A stretch of DNA of 64,000 nucleotides from Bacilli bacterium (GCA_051893155.1 JBJFGY010000017.1:1677-65676), one strand, 5' to 3'. Shown: positions 40,207-49,331, counted from the stretch's first letter. Translations and numbers: made by a program. The notes: generated by a model from the letters alone, not told the origin.

Positions 40207-40730
40207 TATTTCACCTTATCTAAAATTGCAAATATTTTTTCTTTTAATTTACTTAAATCATCATTTGCTATAATGTAATCAAAATCAGGATAATTTTCTA
40301 AAGCTATTTCAGTCACATGTGATTGTTGCTTAACTGTTAATTTACTAGAACTAAACTGATTAACTATATAAAACGAATATACATTATCAAAAGAATTTTT
40401 AATTTCTTCTATTTCATTTGGCATTCTAACATCACTTATAACTAAATTTTCTACATATTTTTGATATATTGTAATGTCCTTAATCATATTAGAAACCAAA
40501 AAATTAGGATCACTTTCTCTCATCTCATCACCAAGATTTTGCATAAAATCACGTGGCTTATTATTTTCATTACCATCCCAATTTGTAAGCTCTAATGCAA
40601 AGTTTTTAATATATTTACTATAGCTTGTAATTGCACATTCTTCTAGTTTATATATATAATACTCTTTAATTAATTTAGCAATTTCATTTTTTCCACTTCC
40701 AGCTTTTCCTGCTATTAAAAAAATTCTCAT
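40206..40730 (-). CDS. P-loop NTPase (small nucleoside/nucleotide-kinase-like)
   Basis: 174 aa. Walker A IFLIAGKAGSGKNEIAKL. Translationally coupled to alaS. Confidence 0.5.
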   Translation of the reverse strand: MRIFLIAGKAGSGKNEIAKLIKEYYIYKLEECAITSYSKYIKNFALELTNWDGNENNKPRDFMQNLGDEMRESDPNFLVSNMIKDITIYQKYVENLVISDVRMPNEIEEIKNSFDNVYSFYIVNQFSSSKLTVKQQSHVTEIALENYPDFDYIIANDDLSKLKEKIFAILDKVK

Positions 40731-40784
40731 ATTTCCTCCATTAATTTATTTATTATAATACCAATTATTATTACCTAAATCAAT

Positions 40785-42752
40785 TTATTTTTTATATTTA
40801 TAAGCAATATTATAATAATCATAATCAATTATATATTGACTCAAATTAATCCTATTATTAACTAATTGCTTTATGTTTGCTACATAATCTTCATCAACAC
40901 TTTGGCCATTATTTAATACAAATTCACTAGTTGCTGCAAAATATTTTCCTTTATCAGTTACCCATGAACGATTATCAAACATTGCAAGGCCATCTTCTGT
41001 TGATAATATATCTTTTCCAATAATTAGTCTTGAATCATATTCAATACCAAATAAATTATATATTGTTGGTAAAACATCTAATTGACTTCCAACTTTGTTA
41101 ATTTCTACTTTATCCATAGCACTATTATATAAAATAAATTTACTACGATTAATTTCAATTTTATCGTCTTTTTCATAACTAGATACTTCATTAACTTGTT
41201 TAACAGTTAATTCATATGGATAATGATCACCTACTAAAGCAATAACTGTATCTTCTAAAATACCTTCCTTTTCAAGTTTATTAATTAAATCTTCTAAAGC
41301 TTTATCAAGTTCCATTTGTGCTGCCAAATATGCTTTTACTGGATTTGAATATGGTAAATTAAATGCATCAATTTCTTCTTTATGTTTTTTACTCATACTA
41401 TTACCTTCAAAAGAATAACCAGCATGACCAGATACTGTTGCATAAAATACCATAAATGGTTTATCACTATTTACATAATCGGAAAAAGTTGAATCAATCA
41501 TTTCCACATCACTTTGAGGCCAAATACCACTACACTTAATTTTAGTTTCAAGGCCATTAAAACATGCTATAAAATTATCAAATCCTAAAGATTTTAAATA
41601 TACATTTCTATCCTGAAAATTATATGAATTATTATGATAAGCAAAAGTATTATATCCTTCATTTTTAAATATATTTGCAATTCCCATAGGATATGTATTA
41701 TCACCACTCCTAAATTTTTTTAATGATGAAAAATTTGCATAAAGTCCGGTTAATTCTTGAAATTCCCCACCAATTGTACTATATATAGTCGGTGTATAAA
41801 AATTATTAAATACAAATCCATTATTAACAAGTTTATAAAGTGTTGGTGTAATATCTTTATCAACAGCAATCTCATTAAAACTTTCAGCCATAAATAAAAT
41901 TAAATTTTTTCCTTTAAATTTTCCTGTATATTCATTTTGATATGAACCTATATCATTTTTAAAATAATTTGACATCATAACAATTTTATCATTATTTGAA
42001 TAATCATTAATAATACCATCAAAATCAATATCTAATGTATTAGAATCATAATTTATATCAATAATTGTCTTATTATCATTACCATGTTCAATATTTATTT
42101 TTTCTTCAAAGCCAAAAATAAACCGATATGTATCAACCCAAAAAGTATTAATTATTCCAACTTTTTCAATATTAAGAGAAGGATTATTAACTTCATAAAA
42201 TAATTCATAAGGGCTATAACTTTCATCCTTTTTTATATTTAAACTATATATATAACCTATAGAAAATAAAATTAAAAAACATATACTAATTGCTATTTTT
42301 ATATTATTAGTTTTTTTAAACCGAATTTTTTTTCTAATTATAATAACTAAAATTAAAGGAATAGATAAAAGTATTATTCCTGGTAATCTTTTTATTGTTT
42401 CAATTACTGCTTTACCCAAAAAAGATGTAACTTGATCTGCTATTTGTAATATTGAAAAAGATATATAAAAATCAAAAAAATCTTTTACAACATATTGAGC
42501 AACAAACCAAATAGTCCAAAATATAAAAGTAAAATAAAATATAAATCTATTAATTTTTTCTTTAAAAATTCTTGTTAAAATATACATTAATATGCTATAA
42601 CATAAAATAAATATAATCATATTAATGCTTGATGTTATAAAAATTGTCTTATGTAATAAAATTCGATAAATAAATTCCATATAAATAAAACTTAAGAAAA
42701 AAATTACAAATGTACTATATCTTTTATATTCTTTCATATTCCACCTATACAT
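40785..42752 (-). CDS. LTA synthase family protein (membrane-anchored sulfatase-fold; LtaS-like)
   Basis: About 5 N-terminal TM segments, then an extracytoplasmic alkaline-phosphatase/sulfatase-type domain (NLILFMAESF...TPT). Confidence 0.65.
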   Translation of the reverse strand: MYRWNMKEYKRYSTFVIFFLSFIYMEFIYRILLHKTIFITSSINMIIFILCYSILMYILTRIFKEKINRFIFYFTFIFWTIWFVAQYVVKDFFDFYISFSILQIADQVTSFLGKAVIETIKRLPGIILLSIPLILVIIIRKKIRFKKTNNIKIAISICFLILFSIGYIYSLNIKKDESYSPYELFYEVNNPSLNIEKVGIINTFWVDTYRFIFGFEEKINIEHGNDNKTIIDINYDSNTLDIDFDGIINDYSNNDKIVMMSNYFKNDIGSYQNEYTGKFKGKNLILFMAESFNEIAVDKDITPTLYKLVNNGFVFNNFYTPTIYSTIGGEFQELTGLYANFSSLKKFRSGDNTYPMGIANIFKNEGYNTFAYHNNSYNFQDRNVYLKSLGFDNFIACFNGLETKIKCSGIWPQSDVEMIDSTFSDYVNSDKPFMVFYATVSGHAGYSFEGNSMSKKHKEEIDAFNLPYSNPVKAYLAAQMELDKALEDLINKLEKEGILEDTVIALVGDHYPYELTVKQVNEVSSYEKDDKIEINRSKFILYNSAMDKVEINKVGSQLDVLPTIYNLFGIEYDSRLIIGKDILSTEDGLAMFDNRSWVTDKGKYFAATSEFVLNNGQSVDEDYVANIKQLVNNRINLSQYIIDYDYYNIAYKYKK

Positions 42753-42798
42753 ATTATATCATATATTTTTTCTATATTATAAAAATTTTAAAAAGTTA

Positions 42799-44415
42799 TT
42801 AATAATTTAATGTCCTAAATTTTTTTACGCCATATTTACAAATTACAAAGTATAGTATAATTATAGTTAATATAAAAACAATAATTTGTAAAATAATAAC
42901 TATATAAGCAATTTTATAAAATTTTATCATAATAAGTATTGAAATAAGACCTAAACCCATTCCTAAAAATACAGCAACCATAGAACTTAAACTTTGTTTA
43001 ATTACTTCTACTTCAGTTGTCCACTTTAATTTAGGATATTTTAAATTAATTAAAATACCAATCATTGCACTAAGTGTTGGAACAGTCAATGTTAAAAATA
43101 TAATAAAGATTATATCTAATAATTTCACTTTAAAAAAAATTATAAATACTAAATCATTAATAAACATAAGTGGAATTACTAAAATCATACTAAATAATAC
43201 TTTTGAAAATATAATACTTTTTTCATTTATTGGTAAACTTTTTATAATATTTATTTTCTTACCTTCTAAAGAAATACTTGAAGAAGTAATAGATGTCATA
43301 AAACTTATAAAAATAATTATTTCAAAATATATTACTGGAGCATATTTTGTTATAGAAACAATTGAAATTTGTTCTTGCATATCACCATTAATTAAATTAA
43401 CAAAATTTTGAGAATTGCAACAAAAAAGTATTATCATAATAAGCATTAATATAATTCCAAACAAAGTATTAATTACATATACTGGAGAGGAAAAATAATA
43501 TTTAAATTCCTTTTTTATTAATGAAGTAATTTTATTATTTACTTTTATACTGTTATGATTATGCTTTTTTACTTTTTTTGTTTTAGTAACTGATGATTTA
43601 GATATAATCTTATAATAATTAATTGAGCCCAAATAAACAAAAATAATTAATGGAATTATATTAAATAAAATTAATTTTATAAAAGCTAATATATCAAATT
43701 TATTTATTAAGGATATATATGCATTTATTGGATAATAAAATTTTGTTATTATTTTATTAATAATTGGTGCTTTAGTGACAAAATTATTTACACTATTTTC
43801 CATTGAAAATGAAAAATAATAGATTATAACAAAAAAAATTATAGAAAGAATTGTTTGAACTCTTTTCTTATTTTTAAAATTAACAGATAAACCTTTTACA
43901 ATATATCCAATTATTGAAGCAATAATTGTAGGTATAATTGGTATTAGTAGAATCATTATTAAAGATATAAAATAAAAATTTACATTGGGATGTTCAAAAT
44001 ATGAATAAACAACTAAAGCAGGTAAAAATATCATTAATACATAAATATATTGAAATATTAAAAATTTAATTAGTCTTGCTAAAAATATTTTTTCCTTTTT
44101 TATAGGTAAAGAAAAAAGTAAATCATTATCTTCAGATTCAAATAAAATTCCTTGTGATTTAAAAAAACCTTGTAAAATTATAAAAAAAGATATTGCCATT
44201 ATAAATAAACTTAAACAAACATATGTTAAGTTAGCATCATGAAGTGGCTTTGCAAACATATAGGCATACACTCCTACTGAATACATTAGAAGTGCAAATA
44301 ATATTAATGGAAATAATATTTTTTTTATTTTTGATTTATTATTATTTGATTTTATTTTTAAAATATTTAATCCATCTTTTAATAAAACTTTTAATAAAGA
44401 TAATGTTTGTTTCAT
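42799..44415 (-). CDS. ABC transporter permease (large polytopic, ABC-2/exporter type)
   Basis: 538 aa with about 12 TM. Start overlaps the upstream ATPase gene. Confidence 0.5.
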   Translation of the reverse strand: MKQTLSLLKVLLKDGLNILKIKSNNNKSKIKKILFPLILFALLMYSVGVYAYMFAKPLHDANLTYVCLSLFIMAISFFIILQGFFKSQGILFESEDNDLLFSLPIKKEKIFLARLIKFLIFQYIYVLMIFLPALVVYSYFEHPNVNFYFISLIMILLIPIIPTIIASIIGYIVKGLSVNFKNKKRVQTILSIIFFVIIYYFSFSMENSVNNFVTKAPIINKIITKFYYPINAYISLINKFDILAFIKLILFNIIPLIIFVYLGSINYYKIISKSSVTKTKKVKKHNHNSIKVNNKITSLIKKEFKYYFSSPVYVINTLFGIILMLIMIILFCCNSQNFVNLINGDMQEQISIVSITKYAPVIYFEIIIFISFMTSITSSSISLEGKKINIIKSLPINEKSIIFSKVLFSMILVIPLMFINDLVFIIFFKVKLLDIIFIIFLTLTVPTLSAMIGILINLKYPKLKWTTEVEVIKQSLSSMVAVFLGMGLGLISILIMIKFYKIAYIVIILQIIVFILTIIILYFVICKYGVKKFRTLNY

Positions 44416-45122
44416 TTTTCATCCTCAAGTTCTAAAAATACTTCTTCTAAAGATTCGTCACCTTTAATATTTTTCATAGAACCAACTTTAATAAGTTTAC
44501 CATTTTTTATAATTGCTACTTCATCACAAAGTTTTTCAGCAACATCCAATATATGTGTTGAATAAAAAATGATTTTATTTTCTTTCACCATTTCCTTCAT
44601 TATTTTTTTCATATCAAACACGGCCTTTGGATCAAGACCTACAAATGGTTCGTCCATAATTAATATTTCTGGATTATGAGAAAGTGCTGCAATTAATGCA
44701 ACTTTTTGTTTCATTCCATGTGAAAAGCTTGATATTTCATCATATAAATTATTTTCAAGTTCAAGCATCTTTGCATATTTTCTAATGTTTTCTTCTCGCA
44801 CTTCTAATGGTGTTTCATACATATCACAAACAAAGTCAATAAAATCAATAGCTTTCATATTTTCATAAAGATCTGGATTATCTGGAATATAAGCCATTAT
44901 CTTTTTGCACTCTATAGGATTTTCTTTTATAGAATTTCCATTTATTAAAATATCTCCTTCATCAAATTCAATTATTCCCATCATTGCTTTTATCATTGTT
45001 GTTTTTCCTGCTCCATTATGACCTATAAAAGCAAAAATTTTTCCATTTTTAATATTAAAGTTCACATTATCAAGAGCTTTTTTTGTATTGTATTTTTTAC
45101 TAACATTTTTAATTTCTATCAT
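44412..45122 (-). CDS. ABC transporter ATP-binding protein
   Basis: Walker A GHNGAGKTT, signature FSHGMKQKVAL, Walker B ILIMDEPF. Confidence 0.85.
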   Translation of the reverse strand: MIEIKNVSKKYNTKKALDNVNFNIKNGKIFAFIGHNGAGKTTMIKAMMGIIEFDEGDILINGNSIKENPIECKKIMAYIPDNPDLYENMKAIDFIDFVCDMYETPLEVREENIRKYAKMLELENNLYDEISSFSHGMKQKVALIAALSHNPEILIMDEPFVGLDPKAVFDMKKIMKEMVKENKIIFYSTHILDVAEKLCDEVAIIKNGKLIKVGSMKNIKGDESLEEVFLELEDEK

Positions 45123-45181
45123 ATATAAAGGCCTTTCTATATATATATCATATCATATTTTATGAAAAAAGATAGATTATT

Positions 45182-45619
45182 TTAACTTAATCTATCTTTT
45201 ACAATCTTACTAACTAAAGACATATCTGCATTAGTTATTTTTGAAGAAATAATTTTCATTAAATTTCCCATATCTTTCATTGAAGTTGGTTTAACTTCTT
45301 CGAAGACTAAATCAATTACTTTATTTATTTCTTCTTCACTCATTTCTTGTGGTAAGTATTTATTTAATACTTCAACTTCATGTTCTAGTTCTTTTACAGT
45401 CTCAAGTTTATTATATTTTTTGTATTCCTCAATAGAATCTTTTCTAGTTTTAACTTGTTTTTTTATAACTTTTAAAACTTCCTCATCAGTAAGTTCATGT
45501 AAAGAGCCTTTTCGACTTTCAACAATAAATTCACTCTTTAACATTCTTAAGACAGATAAGGTAAATTTATCACCACTTTTTAAAGCGTTTTTTAAATCTA
45601 AATTAATTTGTTCTAACAT
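45182..45619 (-). CDS. yqeY: GatB/YqeY domain protein
   Basis: 145 aa. Conserved N-terminus DLKNALKSGDKFTLSVLRML. Canonical partner downstream of rpsU. Confidence 0.85.
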   Translation of the reverse strand: MLEQINLDLKNALKSGDKFTLSVLRMLKSEFIVESRKGSLHELTDEEVLKVIKKQVKTRKDSIEEYKKYNKLETVKELEHEVEVLNKYLPQEMSEEEINKVIDLVFEEVKPTSMKDMGNLMKIISSKITNADMSLVSKIVKDRLS

Positions 45620-45628
45620 AATTACTCC

Positions 45629-45817
45629 TTAATTATGATTTCTACGGCGTGAATTTTTAATATTTTCTTTCTTTTCATTTCTTCTTTTAACGCCTGGTTT
45701 TTCATAGCATTTTCTCTTCTTAAGTTCTGAAGGGACGCCACTACGAGCAAATTTTGCTTTAAACTTTTTCAAAGCAAGATCAACATTACCATTTTGAACT
45801 ACAACCTTTGTCATCAT
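45629..45817 (-). CDS. rpsU: 30S ribosomal protein S21
   Basis: MTKVVVQNGNVDLALKKFKAKFARSGVPSELKKRKCYEKPGVKRR. Start placed at ATGATG after the gaagggaggg RBS; the track ORF started inside the RBS. Confidence 0.85.
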   Translation of the reverse strand: MMTKVVVQNGNVDLALKKFKAKFARSGVPSELKKRKCYEKPGVKRRNEKKENIKNSRRRNHN

Positions 45818-45843
45818 TATCCCTCCCTTCATTAACTAGCATT

Positions 45844-45872
45844 ATTATAACACCTACCACATATTTTGACAA
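45844..45872 (-). promoter_or_regulatory. sigma-A promoter for rpsU-yqeY
   Basis: Minus-strand reading: TTGTCA, 17 nt, TATAAT. It lies about 25 nt upstream of the RBS and only 6 nt downstream of the peptide-2 stop. Confidence 0.55.
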
Positions 45873-45877
45873 GATTT

Positions 45878-46033
45878 TTAACAACTTGTATGATTAAATA
45901 ATCGACGCAATGTTGAACCAAAATTTTGTCCATAACCATATATGGCAATAATTAATTTTCCTGCAGCAGCAAGCCAAGAAGCACTTACAGCTCCACCAAC
46001 ATATAAAACGCTTTCATCACTATTTAACACCAT
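45878..46033 (-). CDS. double-glycine-leader peptide 2 (candidate bacteriocin or signalling peptide precursor). Too small for the ORF track.
   Basis: My own translation: MVLNSDESVLYVGG then AVSASWLAAAGKLIIAIYGYGQNFGSTLRRLFNHTSC. The leader fits the GG-leader consensus (L-12, E-8, Y-4, GG). The predicted mature part of 37 aa has a GxxxG motif. The ATG is 1 nt after the peptide-1 stop. Confidence 0.55.
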   Translation of the reverse strand: MVLNSDESVLYVGGAVSASWLAAAGKLIIAIYGYGQNFGSTLRRLFNHTSC

Positions 46034-46034
46034 T

Positions 46035-46181
46035 TTATCTTATATTGCAAGCCTTTGGATTAGAAAAGCCATCAATAATTCCAAAAAAGAATGAACTAAT
46101 TACTGAAATAATAAAAATACTACCCAAAGAAAACTTTGCACCTCCTGTATATTTTATCATTTCATCATCTTTCAAAAGCAT
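46035..46181 (-). CDS. double-glycine-leader peptide 1 (candidate bacteriocin or signalling peptide precursor). Too small for the ORF track.
   Basis: Strong RBS GGAGGT 6 nt upstream. MLLKDDEMIKYTGG then AKFSLGSIFIISVISSFFFGIIDGFSNPKACNIR. The leader has L-12, E-8, M-7, Y-4 and GG. The mature part is hydrophobic with a GxxxG motif (GIIDG). Confidence 0.6.
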   Translation of the reverse strand: MLLKDDEMIKYTGGAKFSLGSIFIISVISSFFFGIIDGFSNPKACNIR

Positions 46182-46193
46182 GCTACCTCCTTT

Positions 46194-46601
46194 CTAAAAT
46201 ATAATTTTAAATATTTTTTTTATTATTTTTTCTTTATCAAAATAAAATGTTATTTTCACAACTTCATTTTCTTTTAAATTTATATTTGTTTTTAATGTAT
46301 AAATTTGATAGTTTTGGTAATTTTCATTTAATAAATCTGAAATATTATCAATCTTATAACTATATTCATCATTTTTTATTTTCATCTTATTATTTAAAGT
46401 TATTTTGTCAGAGTTTTCTACTAAAATGTTAACTTTAATAAAGCCATTTTCATAAATACCATAAGTATTAAAATTACTATATGATTCTAAAAAAAATGAA
46501 AGAATAATAAAAATAATAAATATACCTAAAAACATAATTAAAAATAAATTATTTTTATATTTAATATTTTGCAAATAATAATAACTACTTTTCATATTCA
46601 C
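46194..46601 (-). CDS. small N-anchored membrane protein (possible minimal or truncated HlyD/LcnD-like accessory, or an immunity protein)
   Basis: 135 aa with a single TM (LFLIMFLGIFIIFIILSFFL) and a roughly 95-aa extracytoplasmic part. It overlaps the PCAT stop by 17 nt and ends 12 nt before peptide 1. Confidence 0.45.
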   Translation of the reverse strand: MNMKSSYYYLQNIKYKNNLFLIMFLGIFIIFIILSFFLESYSNFNTYGIYENGFIKVNILVENSDKITLNNKMKIKNDEYSYKIDNISDLLNENYQNYQIYTLKTNINLKENEVVKITFYFDKEKIIKKIFKIIF

Positions 46602-48642
46602 CTTTTAAAGTAATAACTCGATCAAACAAATTATCTTGTTTTTTATGTGATATATAAATTATTGTTTTTTCTGGATATTCTCTAATAATATTTTTAATTA
46701 TTGTTTTTTCCATAAAATAATCTATTTCACTAAGTGCTTCATCTAAAATTAATATTTTACTATTTCTTAATAAAGCCCTTGCTAAAATAATTCTCTGTTT
46801 TTCACCTCCTGATATATTAATCGAATCATTACTTATTCCAAAATCATATCTTAATTTTCTTTTATTAACAATTAAATCGATTAAACAAATTTTACAAACT
46901 TTATCAAAATTACTTTCATCTTTATAATTAAATAAAATATTATTTTTTATTGTATCAGTATATAAATTTTCTTTTTGACCAACATAAACAATATTATTTT
47001 TTATTGTGTTAAGACTATAATCATTGATATTTATACCATTTATATAAATATTACCATTATTTAAAGAAAATTCTCTAGTAAGTAGTTTACATAAACTACT
47101 TTTACCACTTCCACTTTTTCCTTTAATCATGATTTTTTCATTAGTTTTAACTACTTCACTAAAATCTTTTATAATGTAATTATAATTATCATAAGCAAAG
47201 CTTACATTTTCAAAAATAATATCGCCATTAATTAGTTTTTTACTTTCACCAACTTTTTCCTCTTTTATATTTATAAAATCACATATTTTATTAAAACTTG
47301 CTCGTAAAAAATTATATTTTGGTATTAGTGATACTATATTTTTAATGGGGTCTATAAAATAAGATAAAAATGTATTATAAATAACTAAACTAATTAAAGA
47401 AAATTTATTATTATAAATTAAATAAAATCCATAAGTATTAATTAAAAAAAATGATAGTTCATAAAAAATATTTTTAATTGTTTCAAAAAAATTTATATTT
47501 ATATTAAAAGAATAATTATCAAAAATCAAATCACATATTTTATTTTCAATTTTATTTAAAATATTTTCAGTTTCATTTAAATTTTTTATACTATTTATCA
47601 TATTAATATTTTCTAATAAAATAGTATTAACTTCTGTTTGATATTCAATATTTTTTCGTATTCTTTTATAAAAATATGGACTAATTAAAATAGAAATTAT
47701 TATATAAATTACAACAAATATAATTAATATAAATGTTATTTTAATATTTAAATTTAAAAGAACTATAAAAGCAGCAAGGCAAATCATTAAGTCTAAAAAT
47801 GCAAAAATAAATATTTGTGAAAATAATTCTTTAATACTACTTATTTCGTTTACTCGTGACATTATTTCACCACTGCTTCTTGATTCAATAACATTTAAAG
47901 GAAGATGAAATAAATGATTAATAAATTCCTTAAAAACACTTATATCAATATTTTTATTAATATGATTTTCATAGTATTTTTTTAAATAATCAAAAATTAT
48001 TTTAAAAATAATACAAACTAAAAATATAAAAATTATTATTTTAATTGTATTTTGAAATGCATTGTTTGAAATAAATTCATTCATTATTTTAAAATACATT
48101 CCAGATATTACAGTAATAATTGTTAATAAAAAACTACATAATAATGCATTAATACATAATTTTTTATTTTTTATTAAAATTTTTATAAAAAGACTATAAA
48201 TACTATTTTCTTTTTCTAATAAAATAATTTTATCTTTAGGAGTAAATTGTAAAATAACGCCAGTAAATATTTTATTAAAATCATCTTTAGTCATTTTTAT
48301 CTTGCCTTTACTAGGATTCATTAAAATATAATTTGAATTTTTAATACCATATAAGCACATAAAATGCGTAAGACCATTATCATATTTCACGTGTACAATC
48401 GCAGGCAAAATAATGTTATCTAATTCTTTATCTTCAAATTTTTTAGCTATAGCATCAAATCCATACTTTTCCGCGGCTTTAAGTAAATGATAGACACTAA
48501 CCCCTTGCATTGATGTATAAGTATCAAGTCTAATCTTTTCTATTGGAACATAACCATTATAAAATCTTATAATAGATTGAAGACAACAAGCACCACAATC
48601 TTTTACATCTCTTTGACAAACTATTACTATTTTATTTTTCAT
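46585..48642 (-). CDS. peptidase-containing ABC transporter (C39 peptidase + 6TM + ABC ATPase), bacteriocin/peptide exporter
   Basis: N-terminal C39 motif VCQRDVKDCGACCLQSI with the conserved His (THFMCLYG). Walker A GKSGSGKSS, signature ISGGEKQRIILARAL, Walker B ILILDEALS. Confidence 0.85.
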   Translation of the reverse strand: MKNKIVIVCQRDVKDCGACCLQSIIRFYNGYVPIEKIRLDTYTSMQGVSVYHLLKAAEKYGFDAIAKKFEDKELDNIILPAIVHVKYDNGLTHFMCLYGIKNSNYILMNPSKGKIKMTKDDFNKIFTGVILQFTPKDKIILLEKENSIYSLFIKILIKNKKLCINALLCSFLLTIITVISGMYFKIMNEFISNNAFQNTIKIIIFIFLVCIIFKIIFDYLKKYYENHINKNIDISVFKEFINHLFHLPLNVIESRSSGEIMSRVNEISSIKELFSQIFIFAFLDLMICLAAFIVLLNLNIKITFILIIFVVIYIIISILISPYFYKRIRKNIEYQTEVNTILLENINMINSIKNLNETENILNKIENKICDLIFDNYSFNININFFETIKNIFYELSFFLINTYGFYLIYNNKFSLISLVIYNTFLSYFIDPIKNIVSLIPKYNFLRASFNKICDFINIKEEKVGESKKLINGDIIFENVSFAYDNYNYIIKDFSEVVKTNEKIMIKGKSGSGKSSLCKLLTREFSLNNGNIYINGININDYSLNTIKNNIVYVGQKENLYTDTIKNNILFNYKDESNFDKVCKICLIDLIVNKRKLRYDFGISNDSINISGGEKQRIILARALLRNSKILILDEALSEIDYFMEKTIIKNIIREYPEKTIIYISHKKQDNLFDRVITLKGEYEK

Positions 48643-48827
48643 TTATTTATCCTCCTTTCACCCTACTTATACTCACAATAAATTATTTTTCCTTTTTATT
48701 TTTTTACTTTTAAAATTTTTAATTTAAATTTAACAATTTTTTACTAAAATTAATAATAAAATTTTACAATTATTAACAGTTATATTTTTAGGACTTAGAC
48801 AATATAATTTACTATGTATAAGGAGGA

Positions 48828-49331
48828 ATGAAAGTATTGATTAATAAACAAAATTTATGGTTTATAACTTTATTTGCACTTATTTTAATTTTAGGAATTT
48901 ATTATATTACATTACCGGATAATGCCATACCAACATTTTCGACTAATGAAACAAACTTACAAAATACAATCGAAGTTACAGATTCTGATGTAATTATAGC
49001 TCTTAAAGTTGAAGAAGAAGAAAAAATATTAAAAGAAATGGAAGAAGCACAAAAAATATTACTAGATAATGCTGCAACTACAGAAGAAAAAAATGCTGCA
49101 TATGAAACATTACAACAACTTAATTTTAAAAAAGGCAAAATAGTTGAAATAGAAAAATTAATTAAAGAAAAATTTGATGTTGATTCATGTGTTAAAATTG
49201 ATGGAAATAAAATAAATATTACGTTATCATGTGAAGATAAAGGTGCAGAATTTGCAAATAATGTTATTAAAGAAGTACAAACACTTTATAGTTCGCAAAT
49301 GTATATAACAATTAAATTTCAAAGTAAATAG
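48828..49331 (+). CDS. N-anchored sporulation-type protein (SpoIIIAH-like architecture; assignment tentative)
   Basis: 167 aa. TM, an E-rich coiled linker, and a C-terminal domain ending ...VKIDGNKINITLSCEDKGAEFANNVIKEV... Confidence 0.3.
   Translation: MKVLINKQNLWFITLFALILILGIYYITLPDNAIPTFSTNETNLQNTIEVTDSDVIIALKVEEEEKILKEMEEAQKILLDNAATTEEKNAAYETLQQLNFKKGKIVEIEKLIKEKFDVDSCVKIDGNKINITLSCEDKGAEFANNVIKEVQTLYSSQMYITIKFQSK

Noticed and set aside
48902-49138. Track ORF 48902..49138(-)
   Set aside because: Antisense within the N-anchored sporulation-type gene. Ser/Ala-rich shadow frame.
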